Source of the DNA: Rhodoferax sp.
GTDB lineage: Bacteria; Pseudomonadota; Gammaproteobacteria; Burkholderiales; Burkholderiaceae_C
Assembly (NCBI RefSeq): GCF_044236835.1
Contig: NZ_JBIIGC010000015.1
Location: 17,174 to 81,173 of the forward strand
Direction of reading: 5' to 3'
DNA: 64,000 bases
Shown: positions 47,822-56,289 of the stretch, in pieces
Position numbering within the stretch: position 1 is the first letter of the stretch
How the letters are laid out: each line of letters begins with the position of its first letter
Program-made: the position numbers and the translations under genes
Notes under the pieces: model-generated
The model's database searches: none
What the model was told of the DNA's origin: nothing
What the model saw: the letters and a program-made list of their open reading frames with translations, nothing else

Positions 47822-48222
47822 CCACAGTTGCTGCGCCACCCGCGCTCGCCCAGTTCGAAATCACGCAAAAGTTCTTTTTCGACGCGGCGCACACCTTGCA
47901 GCGCGAGATCGAGGCCGAGGGCAGCCGCCGTATCCATGGCCACACCTACCACGCCGAGGTCACGCTGGCAGGCACACCGCATGCGGACACCGGCATGGTG
48001 GTTGATCTGGGTCGGGTGCGCTTGGCCATTGCCGAGCTGCGCCCGCAACTCGACCACCAGCTGCTTGACGAGGTGCCCGGCCTGGGCCCGGCCACCTTGG
48101 AGAACCTGGCTGCCTTCGTTTGGCGCGGTATGGAATCTCGCTTGCCACAGGTGGTGCAGGTGCGCGTGTGGCGCGAGGCACTGGGCGACGGTTGCACGCT
48201 GCGACGCAGCCCACAGCCATGA
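47818..48222 (+). CDS. queD: 6-carboxy-5,6,7,8-tetrahydropterin synthase
   Basis: FDAAH...HGHTY.AEV motifs are present. The ATG overlaps the queE stop (ATGA). Confidence 0.9.
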   Translation: MTTVAAPPALAQFEITQKFFFDAAHTLQREIEAEGSRRIHGHTYHAEVTLAGTPHADTGMVVDLGRVRLAIAELRPQLDHQLLDEVPGLGPATLENLAAFVWRGMESRLPQVVQVRVWREALGDGCTLRRSPQP

Positions 48223-49586
48223 GGGCCTACCGCGCGTCCTTGCTGTGGTTTGCTCCCTACACTGGCGGCGCACCGCAGGCCCGGTTTGAGCAAGACGGCC
48301 TCTTGGTGGTGGACGCCGATGCGCGGGGCGTGCAGCTGGTGCAGGCCATTGGTGACTGGCACAGCCTGCGCCCGCAGTACCCGGACGTGGTGGTTGAAGA
48401 CTTGAGCGGACGCATCATCGCGCCGGGCTTTGTGGATTTGCACATTCACTTTCCCCAGACCAACGTGATTGGATCGCCCGCCTCGGGCCTGCTGCCCTGG
48501 CTGGAGAACTACACATTTCCCGAAGAAATGCGCTTTGCCTCGCCCGCGTACAGCGCCGAGGCGGCGGCCTTTTTCATCGACGAGTTGTTGCGCAACGGCG
48601 TCACCAGCGCTTTGGCCTTTGCCACCTCGCACACTGCGTCGGTCGATGCCTTGTTTGCGCAGGCCCAGCAGCGGCAGATGCGTCTGGTCACCGGCCTGTG
48701 CCTGATGGACCGCAACGCACCGGCCGAGCTGCTTAACCGCGCCGGCCCAAACGGCACAGACGCCACCGAACAGAGCCTGATGGAGAGCGAGGCGCTGATC
48801 AAGCGCTGGCATGGCAAAGACCGCTTGGGCTACGCCATCACCCCGCGCTTTGCGCCCACCAGCACCGAGGCGCAACTGCGCGGAGCCGGGGCGTTGGCGC
48901 AGCGCTATCCAGACGTGTGGATCCAGTCGCATGTGGCCGAGAACAAAGACGAGATCGCGTGGGCGCGATCCCTGTTTCCGGATTCGCGCAGCTACCTTGC
49001 CACCTACGCCGACTTCGGTCTGATGCGCGCACGCGCGGTCTATGCCCACTGCATCCACTTCGATGACGACGACCGCGCCCTGATGCGTGAGACCGGCGCG
49101 GCTGCAGCAGTGAGTCCAACCAGCAATTTGTTTTTGGGCAGCGGGTTCTTTGATTACCTGGGTGCCGACCGCGTGGGCTTTCGCTACGGCCTGGCCAGCG
49201 ATGTGGGAGGTGGTACCAGCTTTAGCCCATTTCGCACCATGCTGGCGGCCTACACCGTGGGCCGCGAGGGGCAAACCAAGCCTGGCGTGTCCTTGTCACC
49301 GCAGCATCTGTGGTGGCAACACACCGCAGGCGCTGGTGAGGTGCTGGCAGGAAACCAGCATGGCGGGGGCGTATGCACCTGGGGGAACTTGCTGCCCGGC
49401 TGCGAGGCCGACTTTGTGGTGCTCAACCCGCAGGCCACGCCGCTTTTGGCGCGCAAGACGGCGCGGGCCGCGAACCTGGATGAATTGCTCTTCTCGATGA
49501 TTGTGTTGGGCGACGACCGCTTGGTAGAGCGCACCGTCATATCGCAGGCGCTGGACGCCCAGCCGCAGGGCGCACAGCCACGCTAA
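48219..49586 (+). CDS. guaD: Guanine deaminase
   Basis: PGFVDLHIHFPQ, HVAEN and SPTSNLFLGSG...ASDVGGG motifs are present. The ATG overlaps the queD stop (ATGA). Confidence 0.85.
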   Translation: MRAYRASLLWFAPYTGGAPQARFEQDGLLVVDADARGVQLVQAIGDWHSLRPQYPDVVVEDLSGRIIAPGFVDLHIHFPQTNVIGSPASGLLPWLENYTFPEEMRFASPAYSAEAAAFFIDELLRNGVTSALAFATSHTASVDALFAQAQQRQMRLVTGLCLMDRNAPAELLNRAGPNGTDATEQSLMESEALIKRWHGKDRLGYAITPRFAPTSTEAQLRGAGALAQRYPDVWIQSHVAENKDEIAWARSLFPDSRSYLATYADFGLMRARAVYAHCIHFDDDDRALMRETGAAAAVSPTSNLFLGSGFFDYLGADRVGFRYGLASDVGGGTSFSPFRTMLAAYTVGREGQTKPGVSLSPQHLWWQHTAGAGEVLAGNQHGGGVCTWGNLLPGCEADFVVLNPQATPLLARKTARAANLDELLFSMIVLGDDRLVERTVISQALDAQPQGAQPR

Positions 49587-49628
49587 GGCCGCTGCTTACA
49601 ATCCGCGCCACACCAGGAGCCCCGTCCC

Positions 49629-50201
49629 ATGAGCATCAAAAGCGACAAGTGGATCCGCCACATGGCCGAGACCACCGGCATGATCGAGCCGTTTGAGCCG
49701 GGTCAGATCCGCCAGCGCGAAAGCAAAAAAATCATCTCCTACGGCACCAGCAGCTATGGCTACGACATCCGCTGCGCGCCCGAGTTCAAGGTGTTTACCA
49801 ACATCCACAGCACTGTGGTGGACCCGAAGAACTTTGACGAGAAGAGCTTCGTGGATTTCCACGACGACGTCTGCATCATCCCGCCCAACAGCTTCGCCTT
49901 GGCCCGCACCGTGGAGTACTTCCGCATTCCGCGCAATGTGCTGACGATCTGCCTGGGCAAAAGCACGTATGCGCGCTGCGGCATCATCGTCAACGTCACC
50001 CCATTTGAGCCGGAGTGGGAAGGGTACGTGACGCTGGAGTTCAGCAACACCACGCCGCTGCCCGCCAAGATATATGCGGGCGAGGGCTGTGCCCAGGTGC
50101 TGTTTTTCGAGAGCGACAAAGACGACGTTTGCGAGGTCAGCTACAAAGACCGAGGCGGCAAGTACCAAGGCCAGGTCGGTGTGACGCTGCCCAAGGCCTG
50201 A
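49629..50201 (+). CDS. dcd: dCTP deaminase
   Basis: MSIKSDKWI...SSYGYD.R...GKSTYARCG...EPEWEG..TLE is typical of Dcd. Confidence 0.9.
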   Translation: MSIKSDKWIRHMAETTGMIEPFEPGQIRQRESKKIISYGTSSYGYDIRCAPEFKVFTNIHSTVVDPKNFDEKSFVDFHDDVCIIPPNSFALARTVEYFRIPRNVLTICLGKSTYARCGIIVNVTPFEPEWEGYVTLEFSNTTPLPAKIYAGEGCAQVLFFESDKDDVCEVSYKDRGGKYQGQVGVTLPKA

Positions 50202-50425
50202 AAAGTCCGATAGGGGATAATGCGGCTCGCCCCCGGTCTGGGGGCCACCCTGCTATCGGATGGATAGCACCCACTTGGCTATGCCTGACCGACTTGAAAC
50301 CTGAACCGACCTCCCCCAACGCGCCCGCCCTGTCCAGCGCACCGACTCCCACATCTGCGCAGCCCGCGCCTCTCTCTGGCACCTACTCTGCTGGAAGCAA
50401 CGAACTCAATACTGACACGCCAGTC

Positions 50426-51859
50426 ATGGCATTTGCCCAGCTGCAACTGGCTGCACCGCTGGCCCGTGCCGTAGCCGAAATGGGCTACCAAACCATGACG
50501 CCGATCCAGGCGCAGGCCATCCCGGTGGTGCTGACTGGTAAAGATGTGATGGGCGCTGCCCAAACCGGCACCGGCAAGACAGCCGCCTTCGCGCTGCCCC
50601 TGCTGCAGCGCCTCATGAAGCACGAAAACGCGTCCACCTCGCCCGCTCGCCACCCGGTGCGCGCCTTGGTGCTGCTGCCCACCCGGGAACTCGCCGACCA
50701 AGTGGCACAGCAGGTCAAGCTCTACGCCAAGTACACCCATTTGCGCAGCGCCGTGGTGTTTGGCGGCATGGACATGAAACCCCAGACGCTGGAACTCAAG
50801 GCCGGTGTGGAGGTGCTGGTGGCCACGCCGGGTCGCTTGTTGGACCATATCGAAGCCAAAAACGCGGTGCTCAACCAGGTGGAGTATGTGGTCCTGGACG
50901 AGGCCGACCGCATGCTCGACATTGGCTTTTTGCCGGACCTGCAACGCATCCTCTCGTACCTGCCCAAGCAGCGCACCACGCTGCTGTTCTCGGCCACTTT
51001 CTCGCCCGAGATCAAGCGCCTCGCTAACAGCTACCTGCAAAACCCGGTCACCATCGAGGTCGCCCGCTCCAACGCCACCGCCTCCACGGTGGAGCAGCAT
51101 TTCTACAGCGTAGGCGAAGACAACAAGCGACATGCGCTGCACCAGGTTCTCAGAACCCGCGGCCTGAAGCAGGCCTTCGTATTTGTTAACAGCAAACTGG
51201 GTTGCGCGCGCCTAGCCCGCTCACTGGAGCGCGAGGGCCTCAAAACAGCGGCCTTGCACGGCGACAAAAGCCAAGATGAGCGCCTCAAAGCGCTCGACGC
51301 CTTCAAAAAAGGCGAAGTCGATTTGCTGGTCTGCACCGATGTGGCCGCGCGCGGCTTGGACATCAAGGACGTGCCTGCGGTGTTCAACTTTGACATCCCC
51401 TTCAACGCCGAAGACTACGTGCACCGCATCGGCCGCACCGGCCGTGCTGGCGCGTCGGGGCTGGCAGTGAGCTTTGTCGGCGGTAACAACGACGCCCGCT
51501 TGGTGGCAGACATCGAGAAGTTGATCAAGACCAAGATCGAACTCGAAGCCATCGAGTTCGAAGAAGACCAACCTGACGTACGCCGGCAGGGCCGCATCAA
51601 CGACGGTCGGCGCATGTACCGTGACGAGGGCAGCGACCACGCCCGCAGCAGCCATCCGGAGGCGCGGCCCACAGCGCGCGCCCACAGCCGCCCAGCGGCC
51701 AAGCCGCGCGATCCGTTTTTCGACATGCCCTACGAGCCCACCGCGGTGTCCGAGGAAGCGCCCCCTGCGTGGGAGGCCTCAGTGCGGCCTGCGGCGCGCA
51801 GTATTTCGGCCAATATCAAGCCCAAACGCAAAGTGGCAGCCCTGTTCAAGTCAGAGTAG
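50426..51859 (+). CDS. rhlE: DEAD-box ATP-dependent RNA helicase (RhlE-like) with basic C-terminal tail
   Basis: The Q-motif TPIQ, AQTGTGKT, DEAD, SAT and HRIGRTGRAG are present. ATG 50426 is the first ATG after a long leader. Confidence 0.85.
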   Translation: MAFAQLQLAAPLARAVAEMGYQTMTPIQAQAIPVVLTGKDVMGAAQTGTGKTAAFALPLLQRLMKHENASTSPARHPVRALVLLPTRELADQVAQQVKLYAKYTHLRSAVVFGGMDMKPQTLELKAGVEVLVATPGRLLDHIEAKNAVLNQVEYVVLDEADRMLDIGFLPDLQRILSYLPKQRTTLLFSATFSPEIKRLANSYLQNPVTIEVARSNATASTVEQHFYSVGEDNKRHALHQVLRTRGLKQAFVFVNSKLGCARLARSLEREGLKTAALHGDKSQDERLKALDAFKKGEVDLLVCTDVAARGLDIKDVPAVFNFDIPFNAEDYVHRIGRTGRAGASGLAVSFVGGNNDARLVADIEKLIKTKIELEAIEFEEDQPDVRRQGRINDGRRMYRDEGSDHARSSHPEARPTARAHSRPAAKPRDPFFDMPYEPTAVSEEAPPAWEASVRPAARSISANIKPKRKVAALFKSE

Positions 51860-51881
51860 CCAGCCCACGCGGGTACAGGGC

Positions 51882-51911
51882 AATGGCCACCTGCGGGTGG
51901 CCATTTTTTTT
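51882..51911 (+). terminator. Rho-independent terminator
   Basis: AATGGCCAC-ctgcg-GGTGGCCATT is followed by T8, 23 nt after the rhlE stop. Confidence 0.75.
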
Positions 51912-51977
51912 GGTAGCGACCGAGAAAAACATCCGCACTTTTAAAAAATGGGAAAAATTCCCATATAGAATGGCGGC

Positions 51978-52817
51978 GTGAGCACCCCGACCAACCCGCC
52001 GCGTCGTCCGTCCAAGCCCTTGTTTCGGCTGTTGCGCCCGGTCGTGCGTTGGGCGCTGCGCAGTGGTATCGATTACCGCGAGTTCATGCAAGAGGCCAAG
52101 CCGGTGTTTTTGGAAGCTGCGGTACTGGAACTGGAGCGGACCCACACCAAAGTCACCGATTCCTCCTTGAGCCTGCTCTCGGGCCTGCACCGCAAAGACG
52201 TGAAGGCATGGCGCGAGGCACAAACCCTGGTCACCAATGCCGCAGGTGACGCTGTGCCGCATGTAGCGGGTCAGCGTCGCCCCAGTTTGCCCGCGCAACT
52301 GGTCGCCCGCTGGCTGGGCTCCGAGAGCGGCATGACCCTGCCGTTGGCGGGCGAGGCTCAGTCTTTCACTGCCATGGCCCAGACCCTCTCCACCGATGTG
52401 CACCCGCGCGCGCTGCTCAGCGAACTGGAGCGCCAGGGCGTGGTGCAGGTGGATGCGCAGCGACAAAAGGTGACGCTGACCCAGCGCGCCTACATGCCTG
52501 TTGGGACCAGTGACGAGGACCAGACTGCACAAGACCTGCTGGCCGACAGCGTCTGCGACCACCTGGCCGCGGGCATGCATAACTTGGGCGCGCAGCCAGG
52601 CGACCGGCACCTGGAGCAGAGTGTGTTTGCCGACGGTCTGAGCCGCGAATCGGTGGACGCTCTGGAGCGGCTGTCCACCAAGCTGTGGATGGACGCGATG
52701 GCCCACGTGGTGCGCGCCGCCACCCCGCTGTGTGAGCACGATGAGCCGCGCGGCGGCAACCAACGCTTTCGCATGGGCATGTTCACCTACCGAGACACCA
52801 TGGACACTGAAGAATGA
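51978..52817 (+). CDS. Cytoplasmic hypothetical protein (possibly DUF6502-like; possible HTH near SLSLLSGLHRKDVKAW)
   Basis: GTG start at 51978. It has no signal peptide or TM segment. The 3' end overlaps the next gene's ATG (ATGA). The family name is recalled, not verified. Confidence 0.55.
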   Translation: MSTPTNPPRRPSKPLFRLLRPVVRWALRSGIDYREFMQEAKPVFLEAAVLELERTHTKVTDSSLSLLSGLHRKDVKAWREAQTLVTNAAGDAVPHVAGQRRPSLPAQLVARWLGSESGMTLPLAGEAQSFTAMAQTLSTDVHPRALLSELERQGVVQVDAQRQKVTLTQRAYMPVGTSDEDQTAQDLLADSVCDHLAAGMHNLGAQPGDRHLEQSVFADGLSRESVDALERLSTKLWMDAMAHVVRAATPLCEHDEPRGGNQRFRMGMFTYRDTMDTEE

Positions 52818-54091
52818 AGCGCGAAGCACTGCCCCTCTACCTGGCCCTGACACGCCCACGCCACTGGCTGTGTCTGCTGTTGGCGATGCTGGTGGCCTGC
52901 GGCGGTGGCGATTTCACCGCCGGTGTGGGCACGGGCGGCACCGGCTTGAAGGAAGGCAATGTGACCGGCTTTGGCAGCGTGTTCATCGATGGAGTTCGCT
53001 ACGACAACAGCCAAGCGCTTGTGCAGGTGGATGACGGTAGCGGCACCCTGGCTGCAGGTCAGTTCAAGTTGGGTCAGCGGGTACGGGTCTTGGTCAACGG
53101 CGCGGGGCAGGTCAGCACGGCTGAGATCCTGCCGGCTTTGCTTGGGCCGGTGGAGCGCGCACCGGATGCACAGGGCTACCTGGTGGTGATGGGCCAGTGG
53201 GTGCGCTTTGTCAGCCGCGCCTTGCCCTACCAAAGCACCTTAAGCAGCAGCACCTATCTGGAAGGGTTCAACCAGCTTGTCGACGTGGATGCAGGTGATG
53301 TGGTGGAAGTCCACGGTGCATGGGTGGATGCCGACCCCATCAAGGGCCGGGTGTTGGTGGCGTCGCGCATTGAGAAACGCAGCATCCCGCCGCAGCGCAT
53401 GCTGGTCACCGGCACCGTTGTCACGGTTCAGCCGGGCTCGCGCAGCTTTACGTTGCACACCGGCGATGGTCGGCGTGTGCAGGGCACCGACGCGGGCAGC
53501 GATGTCGCGGTAGGCGACTGGGTGAAGGTGTGGGTGGATACCACGGAGTTGCCAGCGTGGCATGGCGTGACAAGTATTCCCGCTGCGCACTGGCGCTCGG
53601 CCAACCTGCCCAGCAACCCGGCGCTTGCGGGCAACACCCTGGAAATCAGCGGACTGCCGGTGCAATTCAATGCACAGGACAACAGGGTGGTCGTGCAGGG
53701 TATCAGCGCCCGGGTGGAAGTTGACCGCCTGAACGCAGACACCCTGCAGGCATTGCAAGCGGGCACCTTCTCGCGCTTTAGGTTGCGCCAAGACGAGCGC
53801 ACGGGCGTCTGGACCGTAGAAGAGATCACCCCGCGCGAAGGCGACTCACTGGGTCGCAGCACCGCGGTGGTGTTTCGGGGCAGTGCGGACATGGTGCTGA
53901 GGGGTGAGCAGATTGTTCTGCTCAACGGCGTAGAGGTGGACCTCGGTGACTGGCTGGCGCAAAGCGATACCTGCGCCGACTTGGAGCCCGAGACCACGGT
54001 GGCCATTGAGGTCACCGGCTACCCCAGCGGCTCGGTGGTGCAGCCCGAGTCAGTGGTGTGTCGGGTGTTGCCTTCGAGTCGGACTCGATAG
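52814..54091 (+). CDS. Lipoprotein built from repeated small beta-barrel units (possibly DUF5666-like)
   Basis: Lipobox LLAMLVACGGG is present. There are recurrent short G.V..(V/I).......(V/I)...G..V segments such as GFGSVFIDGVRYD, VVEVHGAWVD and VTGTVVTVQPG. Confidence 0.6.
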   Translation: MKREALPLYLALTRPRHWLCLLLAMLVACGGGDFTAGVGTGGTGLKEGNVTGFGSVFIDGVRYDNSQALVQVDDGSGTLAAGQFKLGQRVRVLVNGAGQVSTAEILPALLGPVERAPDAQGYLVVMGQWVRFVSRALPYQSTLSSSTYLEGFNQLVDVDAGDVVEVHGAWVDADPIKGRVLVASRIEKRSIPPQRMLVTGTVVTVQPGSRSFTLHTGDGRRVQGTDAGSDVAVGDWVKVWVDTTELPAWHGVTSIPAAHWRSANLPSNPALAGNTLEISGLPVQFNAQDNRVVVQGISARVEVDRLNADTLQALQAGTFSRFRLRQDERTGVWTVEEITPREGDSLGRSTAVVFRGSADMVLRGEQIVLLNGVEVDLGDWLAQSDTCADLEPETTVAIEVTGYPSGSVVQPESVVCRVLPSSRTR

Positions 54092-54156
54092 CGCGTTTCC
54101 TGCAGCTTTTTTTTGGGTAATCGGGTGTGTACATTGAATCAGAAAGGAGTTTTCCT

Positions 54157-56289
54157 ATGAAATCGTCTCTGTCTTCGTGGGTTCCCGTTTGGGGCACGCG
54201 CGCGCCACCTTGGCGTGTGGGCTGGGTGCTAGCGAGCGCCTTGGTGCTGTCGGCGTGCGGCGGTGCCGGTGGTGGTAGTGCAAGCAGCACACCAGCCACC
54301 ACCAACCCGGCGGTGAGCGCGCAGGTGCAAGATCTGCAGCCCGCCGACCCGGCCGATACCGTGGGCGCTTTTGTGGAGCTGCAGCCGGTAACGCCCAGCA
54401 GCGGCGCCACTTTGAGTGCAGACGATGCACGCGCGCTGGCCCAAGACCAGTTTCTTGCGGCCTTGGCGCAAGCCGCCCAGCGCCCAGCAGCAGGTGCAGA
54501 CACGGGAAGCAGCTGCGATGTGGCAGCCTTGGCCGCCCGCATTTCCCAGGCCTACAAGCCAAAGAGTGGCACGGTGGTGCGCATTGAACTCACCGCATGC
54601 GAACTCAACCTGCTGCCCAGAATCGGTAACGTCAAGGGCGTGTTTGCCGACATTCCCTTGAGTACCAATGGGGTCGCTACCAGTTCTACGGTGGCCGCCT
54701 TCAACAAGGCGGTAGTGGATGGCTTTGACGGCGGCACCGCGTGGCCCAGTTACACAGTGGGCGGCAGCACGCTGCAAGCCACCGGCGCGGGCACCGTGAT
54801 CGCAGTGCTCGACACCGGGGTGGACGAGCGGCACCCGGCGCTCAGCGGCACCGGCAAAGTGCTCCAGGGCGCGTGCTTCTCCACACCCTCGGTGGGTGGT
54901 GTGGGCTTTTGCCCCTCTTGGGCGACAAGCAAAGCGATTTCCGACACCACGAGTGCAGATGCCGGGCGCAGCTGCGTAGACAAGCTAGGCACTGCCAATG
55001 GCGCTCAGGCTTTGGGCGGAGGTTGCGGCCACGGCACCAGCATGGCGGCCACGGCTGCGATGGCGTACACCAATGGCTCGGTCACCGCGGGTGGCGTCGC
55101 CAAGGCGGCCAGCATCTTGCCGGTACAAGTGTTTAGCGGAAGCAACAGCAACGGCAAGGTCAGTGTGTCGGCCAACTCGGGCGACTTGTTGGCAGGTATC
55201 GAGTGGGTCACGGCCCAGGCCCAGGCCCGCAAGGCGGCCGGTCAGCCACCCATCGTGGCCGTGAACCTCAGCCTGGGTGGTGGCAGCTACAGCGCTGCCT
55301 GCGATTCCGAATACGTCGGCGGCCTCTTCTACACGGCCTTTGCCAATTTGCGCGCGCAAGGCGTGGTGCCCGTGGTGGCTGCGGGCAATTCGTACAACAC
55401 TTCAGCCATTTCGTTCCCGGCCTGCGTGAGCAACACGGTGAGCGTTGCCGCAGCCAAACTCGGCGGTAATGCCGCTGCGGCCTATACCAATTTCAGTTCC
55501 CAGGTCAAACTGTTTGCCATTGGCGGCGACGTCGATGCCAAGTACAGCATGCCCACCCCCTGCGCCAACGCCAGCGAAGGCTTTGAATGCTGGACCTCCG
55601 CAGCGGGAACCTCGCCAGCCACCGCCATGGTGTCGGGCGCGGTGGCCGTGCTGCGCGGCTTGAAGCCTAATGCCAGCCTGGCCGAAATTGAAGCTGCGCT
55701 ACTTACCAGTGACAAGAGCATTTCGCTGAACCTGAGCGGCCAGACGCTGACGCGCCCGCTGCTGCGTACCTCCAAGGCGGGTGCCCAACTGCTGGCAGTG
55801 GCAGGTGTAGACACCCCCACCCCCACGCCCACGCCCACGCCCACGCCAACGCCAACGCCAACGCCAACGCCAACGCCAACGCCAACGCCAACGCCAACGC
55901 CAACGCCAACGCCAACGCCAACGCCAACGCCAACGCCAACGCCAACGCCGTTCGCGGCGGACTTCACCCGGTTGTGCGTGTACAGCGCCCCTAACTACCA
56001 AGGTCGACGTGCGTGCGGGATCTTCGCCAAGGGTGATTCCTTTACCTTCGCGGGCTCCTGGAAGATCGCGTCCCTGCGCTTCTTCGCGTATGACTTTGCC
56101 GACCCAAGTGCCACCGATCCGCTGAGTGCCAACCCATTTCCCTCAGTGACGTTGTACGACACGCTGTCGCGTCGCTTTCGCAGTGCCGCCACGGGCGTCG
56201 TGGTTGGAGCAGACTCTGCAGACCTCACCGCCGTGCTGCCGTCCAACGGCAAGGTCCGCATGATTAGCTTCGAGTGGGCGGCCAACTGA
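54157..56289 (+). CDS. S8 (subtilisin-family) serine peptidase lipoprotein with (Thr-Pro)23 linker and an orphan C-terminal domain
   Basis: The AAAGGAG RBS is at 54143-54149 and the lipobox is LVLSACGG. The catalytic motifs are VLDTGVD (Asp), GHGTSMAA (His) and GTSPATAMVSG (Ser). Confidence 0.85.
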   Translation: MKSSLSSWVPVWGTRAPPWRVGWVLASALVLSACGGAGGGSASSTPATTNPAVSAQVQDLQPADPADTVGAFVELQPVTPSSGATLSADDARALAQDQFLAALAQAAQRPAAGADTGSSCDVAALAARISQAYKPKSGTVVRIELTACELNLLPRIGNVKGVFADIPLSTNGVATSSTVAAFNKAVVDGFDGGTAWPSYTVGGSTLQATGAGTVIAVLDTGVDERHPALSGTGKVLQGACFSTPSVGGVGFCPSWATSKAISDTTSADAGRSCVDKLGTANGAQALGGGCGHGTSMAATAAMAYTNGSVTAGGVAKAASILPVQVFSGSNSNGKVSVSANSGDLLAGIEWVTAQAQARKAAGQPPIVAVNLSLGGGSYSAACDSEYVGGLFYTAFANLRAQGVVPVVAAGNSYNTSAISFPACVSNTVSVAAAKLGGNAAAAYTNFSSQVKLFAIGGDVDAKYSMPTPCANASEGFECWTSAAGTSPATAMVSGAVAVLRGLKPNASLAEIEAALLTSDKSISLNLSGQTLTRPLLRTSKAGAQLLAVAGVDTPTPTPTPTPTPTPTPTPTPTPTPTPTPTPTPTPTPTPTPTPTPTPFAADFTRLCVYSAPNYQGRRACGIFAKGDSFTFAGSWKIASLRFFAYDFADPSATDPLSANPFPSVTLYDTLSRRFRSAATGVVVGADSADLTAVLPSNGKVRMISFEWAAN
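55825..55950 (+). repeat. Hexanucleotide microsatellite: (ACGCCC)3 (ACGCCA)17 ACGCCG, encoding the Thr-Pro linker
   Basis: The run was counted directly. There are 17 perfect ACGCCA units from 55843 to 55944, flanked by degenerate units. Confidence 0.95.

Noticed and set aside
55825-55950. Possible CRISPR array or other spaced-repeat locus
   Set aside because: The repeats are contiguous 6-nt units with no spacers, and they lie in frame inside a CDS. This is a coding microsatellite, not CRISPR.
55482-56001. Antisense and alternate-frame ORFs translating to poly(GV), poly(RW) and poly(AL)
   Set aside because: They are artefacts of reading the ACGCCA microsatellite in other frames. The sense frame belongs to a peptidase with an intact catalytic triad.
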